A DNA stretch of 64,000 bases from Pristiophorus japonicus (Eukaryota). Positions 49,429 through 61,257 of the stretch are shown here, piece after piece. The stretch spans positions 186,001 through 250,000 of the forward strand of contig NC_091981.1 of the NCBI RefSeq assembly GCF_044704955.1. Direction: 5' to 3'. The notes below the pieces were generated by a model that worked only from the letters and a program-made list of their open reading frames with translations, searched no databases and had not been told where the DNA came from. Numbering within the stretch: position 1 is the first letter of the stretch; each line of letters starts with the position of its first letter. Both the position numbers and the translations under genes were made by a program.

Positions 49429-50782
49429 ATGGCCACCGGTAGCACAAAGGAATGGTACTGTGTTGGTGAGGACTGGGACGAATTCGTTGAGAGGCTCCAG
49501 CAGAGCTTTGTCACGAAGGACTGGCTGGGAGAGGAAGCGGCTGGCAAGCGGAGGGCATATCTACTGACCAGCTGTGGATCTAAGACGTACGCGCTGATGA
49601 AAGACCTGCTCGCACCCGAGAAGCCAGCGGACAAGTCCTTTGAAGAGCTCAGCACTCTGATCGGTGAGCACCTCAAACCGGCGAGCAGTATACACATGGC
49701 CCGGCACCGGTTCTACACACACTGGCGTCGGGAGGGACAATGCATATCGGACTTTGTTGCAGACCTTCGGTGTTTGGCCAGCCTCTGTAACTTCACAGAC
49801 GCCTGCAGGGGGGAGATGTTAAGGGATTTCTTCATTGAGGGCATGGGTCATGCCGGGATTTTCAGGAAGCTTATTGAGACCAAGGACTTGACTTTGGAAA
49901 AGGCAATGTTGACAGTTCAGACCTTCATGGCAGGGGAAGAGGAGACCAAGATAATTTACACGTTCAGCCCTGGTTCCAACATGGCAATGGACCAGGGAGT
50001 TAACATTGTAAACGTGACTCTGCGTTTAGGGTTAGGGTAGGCAAGGGCAATTCGACACCGCCCAGGCAGCAACAGGCTCTAGGGTGGGCCAGCAACAGAG
50101 ACAATGGCGGGGGGAATCAGCAATTCATGCCATCACAAGGGACAATGCGTCCCGGGATGGGACCATTGACACTCAGCAACAGAGTGCTCAGGAGTAATCA
50201 AAGAGACAATCAGAGAGGAATGCCTGTTAACAGTTCCTTTGTTCACAACAATCTCAGCTCATGATGGAGGTGCGGTGGCAGACATGCTGCGAGAACCTGT
50301 AGGTTTCAACAATTTACCTGTAATAATTGTAACTTCAGTGGACACCTGGCCAGAATGTGCAGAAAGCCCGTAGCGAGGCTAGTTTATGAGGCAGAGGAAC
50401 CAGACGAGGAGTCTGCAAGGTAGGGTGATGCTTGGAGCAAAACTATGGACGTTGAAGTCCAGCGGGTTTATGTGGCAGACGTCCACAACTCGTATACCAA
50501 AACGCCACCTATGATGATGAAAGTTCTATCAAATGGCATCCCGGTACGCATGGAGCTGGACTCAGGAGCCAGCCAGTCACTTATGAGTGCCCAACACTCA
50601 AAGCTAACAGGCCCAAACTGGAACACATTGATACGCAGCTACGGACGTACACCAGAGAGATCATCCCAGTACTCGGCAGTGCAAACTTGGTGGTCACACA
50701 CAATGGATCGGAGAACCAGCTGCCACTCTGGATTATCCCGGGGAATGGTCCCGTGCTCTTGGGGAGGAGCTAGTTAGCCGAG
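49429..50782 (+). pseudogene. Gypsy gag-protease, disrupted
   Basis: MATGSTKEWYCVGEDWDEFVERLQQ; stop at 50038-50040; knuckle CNNCNFSGHLARMC; protease MELDSGASQS followed by a frameshift. Confidence 0.9.
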
Positions 50783-53590
50783 ATGAACTGGAAATGGGGG
50801 GATGCGCACACCATTTCATCTGTGGAGCGAAGTTCATGCTCACAGGTCCTACAGAAATTCGAGCCACTTTTTCAACCAGGTGTCGGGACCTTTAAGGGCA
50901 CGAAAATAGTGATACGCATCACCCCGGACGCCAAACCAGTGCACCACAAAGCCAGAACCGTGCCGTACGTGATGCTTGAGAGAATTGAGAGTGAGTTGGA
51001 CAGGCTGCTAAGAGAGGGCATAATTTCACCTGTTGAATTCAGTGACTGGGTAAGTCCCATCGTTCCTGTCCTTAAAGCAGGTGGCTCGGTCAAGATTTGT
51101 GGTGACTACAAAGCCACCATCAACCGAGTGTCACTACAGGACCAATACCCGCTCCCGAGAGCGGAGGATCTTTTTGTCACACTGGCAGGTGGCAAGCTGT
51201 TCACCAAGTTGGATTTCACTTCAGCCTACATGACTCAGGAACTGGCTGAAGAATCCAAGCTACTGACCACCATCACGACACACAAGGGGCTATTCGTTTA
51301 CAATAGGTGTCCGTTTGGCATTTGTTCAGCGGCTGCTATCTTCCAGAGGAACATGGAAAGCTTGCTTAAATCCATCCCTGGAACAATCGTATTCCAAGAT
51401 GACATCCTAATCACGGGTCGAGACACCGAGGAACACCTCCACAACCTGGAGGAGGTGCTACGCCAACTGGACCGAGTAGGCTTGCGACTAAAGAAGTCCA
51501 AGTGTGTGTTTTTGGCCCCAGAGGTTGAGTTTTTGGGCAAGAGGGTTGCCGCAGACGGGATCTGGCCTACCGAATCCAAAAAGGAGGCGATCCGTCGTGT
51601 GCCCAGGCCCGGCAACACATCGGAGTTGCGGTCATTTCTGAGACTATTGAACTATTTCGGGAACTTTCTCCCGAACTTAAGCACATTGTTGGAGCCGCTA
51701 CACGTGCTCCTGTGTAAGGGTTGTGAATGGTTTTGGGGGGACTGTCAAGAGCGAGCTTTCAATCGGGCGCGGAACCTGCTTTGTTCTAACAAGCTGTTGA
51801 CCTTGTACAATCCCTGTAAGAAACTGGTTTTAGCATGTGATGCATCATCCTATGGGGTTGGGTATGTGTTGCAGCAGAGTAATGATGAGGGCCAACTCCA
51901 ACCTGTGGCTTATGTCTCCAGGTCACTCTCCCAGGCAGAACGGGGATATGGGATGGTTGAAAAGGAAGCACTCGCATGTGTCTACGGAGTGAAAAAGATG
52001 CACCAGTACCTTTTCGGCAGAAGGTTTAAGTTAGAAATGAACCACAAACCGTTAACATCCCTGTTGTCAGACAGCAAAGCTGTCAATGCCAATGCGTCAG
52101 CTCGCATACAGCGATGGGCCCTCACGCTGGCTGCGTATGACTACACCATACGGCACCGGCCAGGCACCGAAAATTGCGCTGATGCACTCAGCAGGCTCCC
52201 ACTGGCCACCACTGAGGGGGCGTCGGAGCAAAGCGCTGAGATGGTCATGGCTGTTGAGGCTTTCGACACCGCAGGCTCCCCCATCACAGCCCGTCAGATC
52301 AAACTCTGGACCAACAGAGATCCCCTCCTATCCCTGATAAAGAAATGTGAACTGACTGGGGATTGGGCGCCCGCACACAGAGCATGTCCCGAGGAGGTCA
52401 GGCCGTTTCACAGACGGATGGACGAGCTCTCCATCCAAGCCGACTGCCAGCTATGGGGCATCTGGGTAGTCATGCCCCAGAAAGGAAGGCAAGTATTCAT
52501 CAGGGAGCACCTTGGCATTGTGCTAATGAAGGCCATTGCCGGGTCACATGTATGGTGGCCGGGAATTGACTCAGACCTGGAACACTGGGTTCGCAGATGC
52601 ACGACATGTGCCCAGCTGGGAAATGTCCCCAGGGAGGCCCCACTCAGCCCGTGGCCCTGGCCTACCAGGCCATGGTCACGCATTCACGTAGACTACACGG
52701 GCCCGTTCATGGGGAAAATGTTCCTGATCATTGTCAATGCGTACTCGAAATGGATCGAGTGCATCGTATTGAATTCATGCACGACATTCACCACAGTGGA
52801 GAGTCTGCGTTTGGTCTTTGCGACCCACGGCTTGCCGGACATCCTGGTTAGCGATAATGGCCCATGTTTCACTAGCTATGAATTCCAGGAGTTTATGTCG
52901 GGTAATGGTATCAAACACGTCAGTATAGCACCGTTCAAGCCGGCTTTCAATGGCCAGGCGGAACGTGCGGTACAAATCATAAAACAGGGCATGCTCCGGA
53001 TTCAAGGACCCTCTCTTCAGTACCGCCTATCGTGCCTCCCGCTGGCCTATAGGTGCCGCCCGCATTCACTCACGGGAGTCCCACCCACGGAACTACTCAT
53101 GAAACGCACACTTAAAACGCGGCTGTCCCTCATTCATCCAGCCCTGTCAGACATTGTTGAGGGCAAGCGCCAGTCCCAAATCGAGTGTCATGATCGCAAC
53201 TCAGTGGGGAGATGCATAGAAATTGACGACCCTGTATTCGTCCTCAATCATGCTTTGGGACCCAAGTGGCTTGAGGGCACTGTAATTGGCAAAGAGGGGA
53301 ATAGGGTCATAGTGGTCAGACTTAACAATGGGCAGATATGCCGCAAACATCTGGACCAAGTAAAGAAAAGGTTGAGCATGGACACTGAGGAAGATCATGA
53401 GATGTCACTCACACCACCGCCAGTGAATGAGCAACAAGAACATTCAGCAGCATGCACAGTCCCTGCGGCCAGCCCGGATAGGCTGGAATCACCTCAGGCG
53501 ACAGAAATGCATGCCAAGGCACAACCACCAGAGCCCCAACTGCGGCGCTCCACGAGAGAGCATCGACCGCCTGAAAGACTCAATCTTTGA
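50783..53590 (+). CDS. Open Gypsy pol frame: reverse transcriptase, RNase H, integrase (935 aa)
   Basis: VFQDDILI, CDASSYG, NCADALSR, HVWWPG...CTTC, IHVDY, VSDNG, AERAV; no stops. Expression is doubtful because the upstream gag-PR is broken. Confidence 0.85.
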   Translation: MNWKWGDAHTISSVERSSCSQVLQKFEPLFQPGVGTFKGTKIVIRITPDAKPVHHKARTVPYVMLERIESELDRLLREGIISPVEFSDWVSPIVPVLKAGGSVKICGDYKATINRVSLQDQYPLPRAEDLFVTLAGGKLFTKLDFTSAYMTQELAEESKLLTTITTHKGLFVYNRCPFGICSAAAIFQRNMESLLKSIPGTIVFQDDILITGRDTEEHLHNLEEVLRQLDRVGLRLKKSKCVFLAPEVEFLGKRVAADGIWPTESKKEAIRRVPRPGNTSELRSFLRLLNYFGNFLPNLSTLLEPLHVLLCKGCEWFWGDCQERAFNRARNLLCSNKLLTLYNPCKKLVLACDASSYGVGYVLQQSNDEGQLQPVAYVSRSLSQAERGYGMVEKEALACVYGVKKMHQYLFGRRFKLEMNHKPLTSLLSDSKAVNANASARIQRWALTLAAYDYTIRHRPGTENCADALSRLPLATTEGASEQSAEMVMAVEAFDTAGSPITARQIKLWTNRDPLLSLIKKCELTGDWAPAHRACPEEVRPFHRRMDELSIQADCQLWGIWVVMPQKGRQVFIREHLGIVLMKAIAGSHVWWPGIDSDLEHWVRRCTTCAQLGNVPREAPLSPWPWPTRPWSRIHVDYTGPFMGKMFLIIVNAYSKWIECIVLNSCTTFTTVESLRLVFATHGLPDILVSDNGPCFTSYEFQEFMSGNGIKHVSIAPFKPAFNGQAERAVQIIKQGMLRIQGPSLQYRLSCLPLAYRCRPHSLTGVPPTELLMKRTLKTRLSLIHPALSDIVEGKRQSQIECHDRNSVGRCIEIDDPVFVLNHALGPKWLEGTVIGKEGNRVIVVRLNNGQICRKHLDQVKKRLSMDTEEDHEMSLTPPPVNEQQEHSAACTVPAASPDRLESPQATEMHAKAQPPEPQLRRSTREHRPPERLNL

Positions 53591-53614
53591 CCCAAAGACG
53601 TTGGGGGGAGGTGA

Positions 53615-53874
53615 TGTCATGTTTGTAACCTTCACATAACTGTAACCCTTATGTAACAGCACTGTACACTGTATACACCTGAGTAATGCACACCTTGACC
53701 ACAGGGGGTGAACTTGTGGGAGACACTCCTCACCTGGTCATCCAGGTATATAAAGGGAGGTCCCACGCAGGGTCAGCACTTCTTGGTCCTGGGAATGAAG
53801 ATTCAGGTCACATAGTGACCTTGTCTGCAATACATGCCTCGTGTGATTCTATAGTAAGGTGTAAGGACACCACA
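53615..53874 (+). repeat. 3' LTR of Gypsy element 2
   Basis: Direct repeat of 49132-49391; polyA signal reads AATGAA. Confidence 0.96.
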
Positions 53875-53899
53875 GTATTCACCGGGTCCTGGCAACAGA

Positions 53900-54776
53900 C
53901 TCACCTCAAGCCCAGCTCACCTCTCCAATCCAGCCCAGTTCACCTCTCCAGGCCCAGCTCATCACCAGCCCCAGCTCACCTCTCCAGGCCCGGCCCAGCT
54001 CACCTCTCCAGCCCAGCTCACCTCTCCAGGCCCAGCCCAGCTCTTCAGGCCTAGCGCACCTCTCCAGGTCCAGCTCACCTCTCCAGGCCTAGCTCACCTC
54101 TCCAGGCCTAGCGCACCTCTCCAGGCCTAGCTCACCTCTCCAGGCCCAGCTCACCTCTCCAGGCCTAGCTCATCTCTCCTGGCCCAGCTCACCTCTCCAG
54201 GTCTAGCGCACCTCTCCAGGCCCAGCTCACCTCTCCAGGCCTAGCTCACCTCTCCAGGCCTAGCTCACCTCTCCAGGCCTAGCGCACCTCTCCAGGCCTA
54301 GCTCACCTCTCCAGGCCTAGCTCACCTCTCCAGGCCTGGCCCAGCTCACCTCTCCAGGCCTAGCGCAACTCTCCAGGCGTAGCTCACCTCTCCAGGCCCA
54401 ACTCACCTCTCCAGGCCTAGCTCACCTCTCTAGCCCAGCTCATCTTTCCAGGCCCAGCTCACCTCTCCAGGCCCAGCTCACCTCTCCAGGTTCAGCTCAC
54501 TGCTCCAAGCCTAGCTCATCTCTCCAAGCTCTCCAGGCCCAGCTTACCTCTCCAGGCCTAGCTCACCTCTCCAGCCCAGCTCACCTTTCCAGGCCCAGCT
54601 CACCTTTCCAGGCCCAGCTTACCTCTCCAGGCCTAGCTCACCTCTCCAGCCCAGCTCACCTTTCCAGGCCCAGCTCACCTCTCCAGGTTCAGCTCACTGC
54701 TCCAAGCCTAGCTCATCTCTCCAAGCTCTCCAGGCCCAGCTTACCTCTCCAGGCTTAGCTCACCTCACCAGCCCAG
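53900..54776. repeat. Minisatellite, 19-bp unit CC(C/T)AGCTCACCTCTCCAGG
   Basis: Direct inspection. Confidence 0.95.
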
Positions 54777-54871
54777 CAACTAGAATGTAGCACTAGGAAG
54801 AGACCAGGCAGAAAATAAGTAAATATAAAAGGCTTGTATTGTCTCACGCTCCTGAGAAGGTTCGATAGCAG

Positions 54872-55192
54872 CTTCTTCCTCTTCTCCTGAGGCAGTCCCC
54901 CGGAGTCGAGGATGACTTGCTTCCACACTAACTCCGAGTTCTCGGGTGACTGATGAGTCCAATGCAGGACCTACAGTCTCTGTCACAGGCGGTGTCTGGG
55001 GCAGACGGTGGTCGGAGGGACGGGTGGGTGGGGTGCTTGGCTTGTCATACACTCCTTACGCTGTTTGTACTTGACTCCCGCGTGCTCCCGGCGAAGAGGC
55101 TCGAGGTGTTCGGTGCCTTCCCGGACGCTTCTCCTCCACTTTGAGCGGTTTTGGGCCAGGGATTCCCAAGAGTCAGTGGGGATGTTACATTT
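54872..55192 (-). mobile_element. RTE LINE 3' end
   Basis: gtggaagcaagtcatcctcgactccgggggactgcc terminus on the minus strand; homologous to 18712-19000. Confidence 0.88.
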
Positions 55193-55199
55193 TTGCTAC

Positions 55200-55838
55200 A
55201 CTCCCTCCCACCCCGACCCCCGCCCGCTGTCGGGAACGGCTGCCTCCTCCCTGCCTCCCCCCGCCCACTGCGGTCGGTCGGGCCCTCACTCCCTCAGCCC
55301 CCCCTGCCGTCGGGAACGGCTGCCTCAACTTGTGAGGCTTCCTGCAGCATTCTCCCTGCCTGAAGCACTTTCATACAGGTCGGAAGATGGTTTATTTAAT
55401 CTTTTCTTTGCTTATAAATTTTTATTCAAGTTGGATTTATTTGTATAATATTTGTATCAGTATAAATAAGGATTTATTGTAGAATTTAATGACTTCCCTT
55501 CCCTCCCCTCCCCCCCCCCACCTCGTTCCGGACGCCTAATTTGTAACCTGCGCCTGATTTTTTAATGTGTAGACAAGGTTTTTTCAGGACTACAAAAATC
55601 TTCACTTGCTCCATTCTAAGTTAGTTTGGAGTACGTTTTCACTGTGGAAACTTTGAAATCAGGCGTCAGTGGCCGGACGCGCCCCCTTTTGAAGAAAAAA
55701 TTCTGTTCCAAAGTGAAACTGTTCTAACTGACTAGAACGGCAGAAATAAAAATGTGGAGAATTGCAATTTCTAAGATAGTCCGTTCTCCATCAGTTGCTC
55801 CTAAATATCAGGAGCAAATCATGTGGAAACTTGGGGCC
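55200..55838. mobile_element. One-ended copy of the Harbinger-like family at 42750-44104, in inverted orientation
   Basis: 55360-55838 is the reverse complement of about 42750-43225; ends CATGTGGAAACTTGGGGCC followed by TAT. Confidence 0.88.
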
Positions 55839-58126
55839 TATGTGTGCAAAGACTGCAGCACAAAGGGCCACCTCCAGCGAATATGCAAAAGAGCTATGAC
55901 TCACCACGTGGAAGAGGAGTCAGCAGATGGCTGTGAATCCAGTGCGGATTACGAGGAGATGGCTAGAGAGGCAGCTCAGTCCCAGGACGAAGTGTATGGA
56001 GTATATACCGGCACCACAGATTGTCTTCCAGTCATAATGGAAGTCGAGATAAATGATGTTCCAGTCTTCATGGAAGTGGACACGGGGGCGAGTCAGTCAG
56101 TAATGAGCCAGGAAGCCTTTGAGAGGTTATGGAACGATCAAGCTGAACGACCCAGCTGGTCCCGGTTCAGGCAAAGCTGTGCACCTACACCAAGGAACTG
56201 ATATCAGTTGTTGGTAGTGCGGATGTAAGTGTATCCCATGATGGCGCGGTGCACAATTTACCATTGTGGATTGTTTCAGGTGATGGACCAACACTACTTG
56301 GAAGAAGATGGATGGGGAAGGTTCATTGGAACTGGGAAGACTTCATCCCTCCAGCGATCGATGTCCCCCGTGCTTCGAGGCAGAGCAAGCCCCCACCGTC
56401 GGTTGGACCAGGCACCAGAGAGCAAATCCGCACAGCCCCCGAGGCACAGACCGCTCATCACTGCGTGGCGATGATCCGGCCGAGATGACCTGAACGCACC
56501 TTCCATGGCAGGACTCCTGGGGAGGAAGATTGGATCCGAGCGCGCCTTCCCAGCTTCAGTGGCAGAATCCCTGGGAAAGAAGATCACGGCAGTCGACACC
56601 ATGGACAGGGAAAAGATGGCGTCCAACCACGAGGTGCAGCGCTAATGGATCAACGACACGTGGTTCCACGCAAGGAAGACGATTGGGGTAAAAGTAGTAA
56701 GGCCATTTTAAAGGAGGCCAGCAACCCGCCATTTTTGAATGAACTGCTTGAAATTGGTAACCAATGTAAAAGTCCAGCTGTAACGAGCAAAATGTTGTTG
56801 AGCGATGTCGGGTGCAAATTGCAATCAGCCAATGTAGCGGGCGAACACCTAACAGTCGTATACAGGTCCAGTGGGCTACCCAATGCTGTAGCCTGTGTTC
56901 CCGGAACCAGAACGATGTATCATGAAGTTGCCCCATAGCTGACAGAAGTAGACAAGCTGCAGAGTAAACGATCCCCGGAGAGCAGAGGCACCGGTAGCGA
57001 TACCCTGCCTCAGATCGGTTTAACATTGCCGGCACCCGATGGCATGAACCGCCACGGGCCAAAAACAGTAAACTGCGCCTATGCTCACAGTCGGCTACTG
57101 TCGCCCATCACCGGGTGGAAAAGGCTCAGCCCACAAACCCACTCACCACCACAGCAATGCCCAAGGGCGAATGGTCACCCGCAACGGCTCCTCCGAACAG
57201 GACCTGGACCAGCCAGGATCCCAAACTAGAGAGTGCTCACAACGGTGCCCTCAAGGAAAGCGAGTCACCAGTCCCCTGCGAACTGCTAGACAAGACGAGA
57301 CAGCTCCACCGTCATTTAGACGAAACGCTCACTCGCTCAGACGGCTTCCCAGGGAGCAGAGCGACACTGTGCAAGCGAAAAGGACAGGGAGGCCACAGAC
57401 ACATCAGCTGTCTTTGGGCCTGCCCGACACTAGGAGTAACGGCAAGAGCCTTGAGCTCCGGCAACTCGAGCAAAATGAGCTCACCTTGCCCACAGACCCA
57501 CTAGCATGGGGCACTGCACCGCCACCAGACGACCCGGATCTCATCCGGCCATGCTGGAACTAGACTGTCCTTGTGTACCTGCACTGATATACCTGTACTG
57601 ATCATGTAAATGTACCACACAAAAAGAAACGCAACTGTAATCCACCCAACAAATGTACCAAGATGTAAATGTAAAACCCATGTGATGAACTTGAATGCAA
57701 CTTGCCTGTAACGGGCCATCAGCCTGATCTCTGTGTGTGGGGGAGAATGGAGTAGTCATGGACTCACAACCAGAAACCACGGTGACCACCACTGGCAACA
57801 AATCTCACTACCAATCCATCCAAGCTAGAAGCAACCCTCCAATGGACAACCAGGAAGAGCAAAGCCCAGGTCACCGTCAATGTACGAGTCAATTTGCATT
57901 AAAGACTTGGGGGGAAGTGATGTCATGTATGTAGACCATGTTTACTAACTGTATAGTCACATAAGGTGTGCTACCAGAGCCCAGGTGTGCAGGGCCCAGT
58001 ATAAAAGACTGCCCACTATGCTTGTGCCTCACTCTGGAGTTACAATAAATGGGACTAAGGTCACAACAGCTCAAGTACAATACTAGACCTTGTGGAGTCA
58101 TTCATAAGGGTATTAAAGACATAACG
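55839..58126 (+). mobile_element. Gypsy-derived LTR remnant: gag knuckle, protease, non-pol region, PPT and 3' LTR (57921-58126)
   Basis: YVCKDCSTKGHLQRIC, MEVDTGASQS, LPLWIVSGDGPTLLGRRW; PPT ttggggggaagtga, then a TGTCATGT-starting LTR with TATAAAA and AATAAA; no RT/IN motifs seen. Confidence 0.82.
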
Positions 58127-58790
58127 TTGGTGGTACTTCTCCAGTGCTTTGAGGTGCCCGCTGTACATAGTCCATGTCTCTGAAGCATATAGGAGGGAGG
58201 GTATCACTACTGCTCTGTAGACCATGAGCTCGGTGCCAGGATTGAGATCTTGGTCTTCGAAAACTCTTTTCCTCAGGCGACCGAAGGCTGCGCTGGGACA
58301 CTGAAGGCGGTGTCCTTGCTGACAGTAAGCTCCCAAGGTATAGGATGTGATCCACGCTGTCCAAGGTCTTGTCGTGGATCTTGATAATCGGGGAGCAGTA
58401 CTGTGTGGCGGGGGCAGGTTGGTAGAGGACCTTTGTCTTACGGATGTTTAATGTAAGGCCCAGACTCTCGTACGTTTCATGAAGGTGTCAACGATGGTTT
58501 GGCGTTCGGCCTCTGAGTGTGCACAAACGCAAGCGCCATCTGCATTCTGTAATTCAATGACAGAGGTTGGGACAACCTTGGTACTCAACTGGAGGCAATG
58601 GAGGCTTAACAATTAGCTCCACTCCAGCGGGGAGCTTGCTGGAGGTGAGATGAAGCATTGCAGTGAGAAAGATTGAGAAGAGCGTTGGTGTGGTGACACA
58701 GCCTTGCTTGACCCCAGTCTGCAATTGTATTGGGTCTGTGGTGGATCCGTTAGTCAGGATCACAGCTTGTATGTCATCGTGAAGCCTGAG
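58126..58790 (-). mobile_element. RTE LINE RT fragment
   Basis: GVKQGCVTTPTLF, YLGSLLS, AFGRLRKRVF, LLYASETW, LEKYHQR. Confidence 0.9.
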
Positions 58791-59309
58791 AAGGTTAGAG
58801 AGTAGCGTGGTTTTTATAACTACAGCCACTGATTACAATGATTGAGTAAATGAAATACCATTTTTATTACCTGGGATCCAAGACTTTTACTGCTGTTTGG
58901 GAGATTGAATTTCACGGCACCTTCCGTTTATAATTAGGCCACCTGGTTTATGATGGCTGAATCAGTCAAATTCCATTTTTTATTCCATGTGATTCCAGGA
59001 TATTCAAGGATTTTTGTGCTGGTGTTTAGTGGAACGTATTCTCCAACAAATTCCATTTCATGAGAATGCAAATAAGAAGGCTTGTCTGTTAAACTCATTG
59101 CAATAATCAATGCATTTAGCTTGCCGCAGTCAGATACCGTTGGTTAATGTCACAACTCACTTCATAATGACAATGACCTCAGAATTGTTGGCATCTCTAA
59201 CATATCTCCTCCTAACCTTTGCTCCTCTAATGAAAAGAGTCCCAGTTTCTCTGCATAACTTAAGCCCTTCATCCCTGGTATCATCTTGTTAAATCGCCTA
59301 ATATACGGC

Positions 59310-60397
59310 GAGAGGGGCGATGCAGACATTGCGATCAGGGAATAGGAGTGTGAAATATTAGATGAAATAAACAGAGGAAGTATTAAGGGGGTTAGCAGCT
59401 TTGAAAATGAATAATTCTCCAGGCCAGGCTGTTAAGAGAAGCAAAAGAGGAAATAGCAGAGGCTTTGATCATCATTTTCCTTTCTGGCTACAGGTGTGGT
59501 GCTGGAAGACTGGAGGACTGCTAATGTGGCACCTTTGTTTACAAAGGGAGAAAGGGATAGACCGAGTAATTACAAGCTGGTCAGCTTAACCTCAGTGGTG
59601 GGAAAATTATTGGAGAAAATTCTGAGGGACACAGATTAATCAAGAACAGTCAGCATGGATTGGTTAAGGGAAGGCCATGTCTGTCTAACCTGATTGAATT
59701 TTTTGCGGAGGTAACAAGGTCGATGAGGGCAGTGTGTATGATGTAGTGTATATGGATTTTAGCAAAGCTTTTGATAGGGTCCCACATGGCAGACTGGTCA
59801 CGGAAGTAAAAGCCCATGGGATCCAGGGCAAAGTGGCAAGTTGGATCCAAAATTGGCTCAGAGGCAGGAAGCAAAGGGTAATGGTTGATGGGTGTTTTTG
59901 TGACTGGAAGGATGTTTCCAGTGGGGTTCCACAGGGATCAGTGCTGGGTCCCTTGCTTTTTGTGGTATACATCAATGATTTAGACTTGAATGTAGGGGGT
60001 ATGATTCGGAAGTTTCTGGATGATACTAAAATCGACGATGTGTTTGATAATGAAGAAGAAAGCTGTGGACTGCAGGAATATATCAATGAACTGGTCAGGT
60101 GGGCAGAACAGTGGCAAATGGGATTCAATCCGGAGAAGTGTGAGGTAATGCATTTGGGGAGGTCTAACAAGGCAAGGGGATACACATTAAATGGTAGGAC
60201 ACTGAGAAGTGTAGAAGATCAATGGGACCTTGGAGTGCAGGTCCACAGATCCCTGAAGGTAGCAGGCCAGATAGATAAGATGGTTAAGAAGGCATACGGA
60301 ATACTTGCCTTTATCAGCCGAGGCATAGAATACAAGAGCAGGGAGGTTATGCTTGAACTGTATAAAACACTGACTAGGCCGCAGCTGGAGTACTGCA
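59310..60397 (+). mobile_element. CR1 ORF2 RT fragment
   Basis: ORF 59734-60420: YMDFSKAFDRV, GVPQGSVLGP, KFLDDTK, RPQLEYC. Confidence 0.93.
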
Positions 60398-61126
60398 ACT
60401 CTAAGCAATCGAAACATTGACCATTATTTGGTACCTACCTCTTGCACGATATGATCCCCACCCCAGCCAGGAAGCGGTCCAGCTCTCTTTTGAAGGTACA
60501 GAGTGAATCAGGACTCACTGCACAAGCCAGCAACTTGTCCCACAGATCCACTATTCTCTAGAAAATGAAGAACCACCAACCATTATTGTGGACATCCAGT
60601 GCATCCTTTCCAAGGCCTTGACATCCTTCCTAAAATAAGGCATCCAATACTGGACACAATGGCCCTGAAATTCCATGGAACTTCTCATGATCTCTTACCA
60701 TAATTCCAGGGAACCCCAGCAGAGCCCCTAGAGAACTGATGCCAACTTGAGCGCCCAAGCCTTGCCTCACAGCACTCCCATACAATCCGAGGGCCCCGTC
60801 TGAGTTTTGGAACAACCTTAAAAACTTGTACTCCCACTGTTCATTTTTTGTGTATCTGAAATCAGAAGTCGCTCTGCTCTTCTATCCCTTTTACCATTTT
60901 CCTATTTAGTGTATACAGCCTTTCCTTATTCTTCCTTCGAACACGTATCACCTCACATTTCTCTACATTTTGCTTCTGATATCTATTTGCCCATTCTACT
61001 CATCTATGTTCTCCTGAAGTCAATTACAGTCCATTCAACAGTTAAATGTGCTCTGTATTTTTATTGAAAATGTTGATATTATGCGCCCTATATCCAAATA
61101 CAGACCATCTATGTATATATTTTGTG

Positions 61127-61257
61127 ATCATCATCATAGGCAGTCCCTCGGAATCGAGGAAGACTTGCTTCCACTCTAAAAGTGAGTTCTCAGGTGACTG
61201 AACAGTCCAATACGGGAATTACAGTCTGTCACAGGTGGGACAGACAGTCATTGAAGG
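61127..61257 (-). mobile_element. RTE LINE 3' end interrupted by an LTR
   Basis: (CAT)n-aggcagtccctcggaatcgaggaagacttgcttccac tail. Confidence 0.9.

Larger units (their letters stand above)
49132..53874 (+). mobile_element. Full-length Ty3/Gypsy LTR retrotransposon (Mag-like)
   Basis: 260-bp LTRs; TSD GTATT (49127-49131 and 53875-53879); PBS TGGCGACAAG at 49394; PPT GGGGGGAGG before 53615. Confidence 0.97.
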
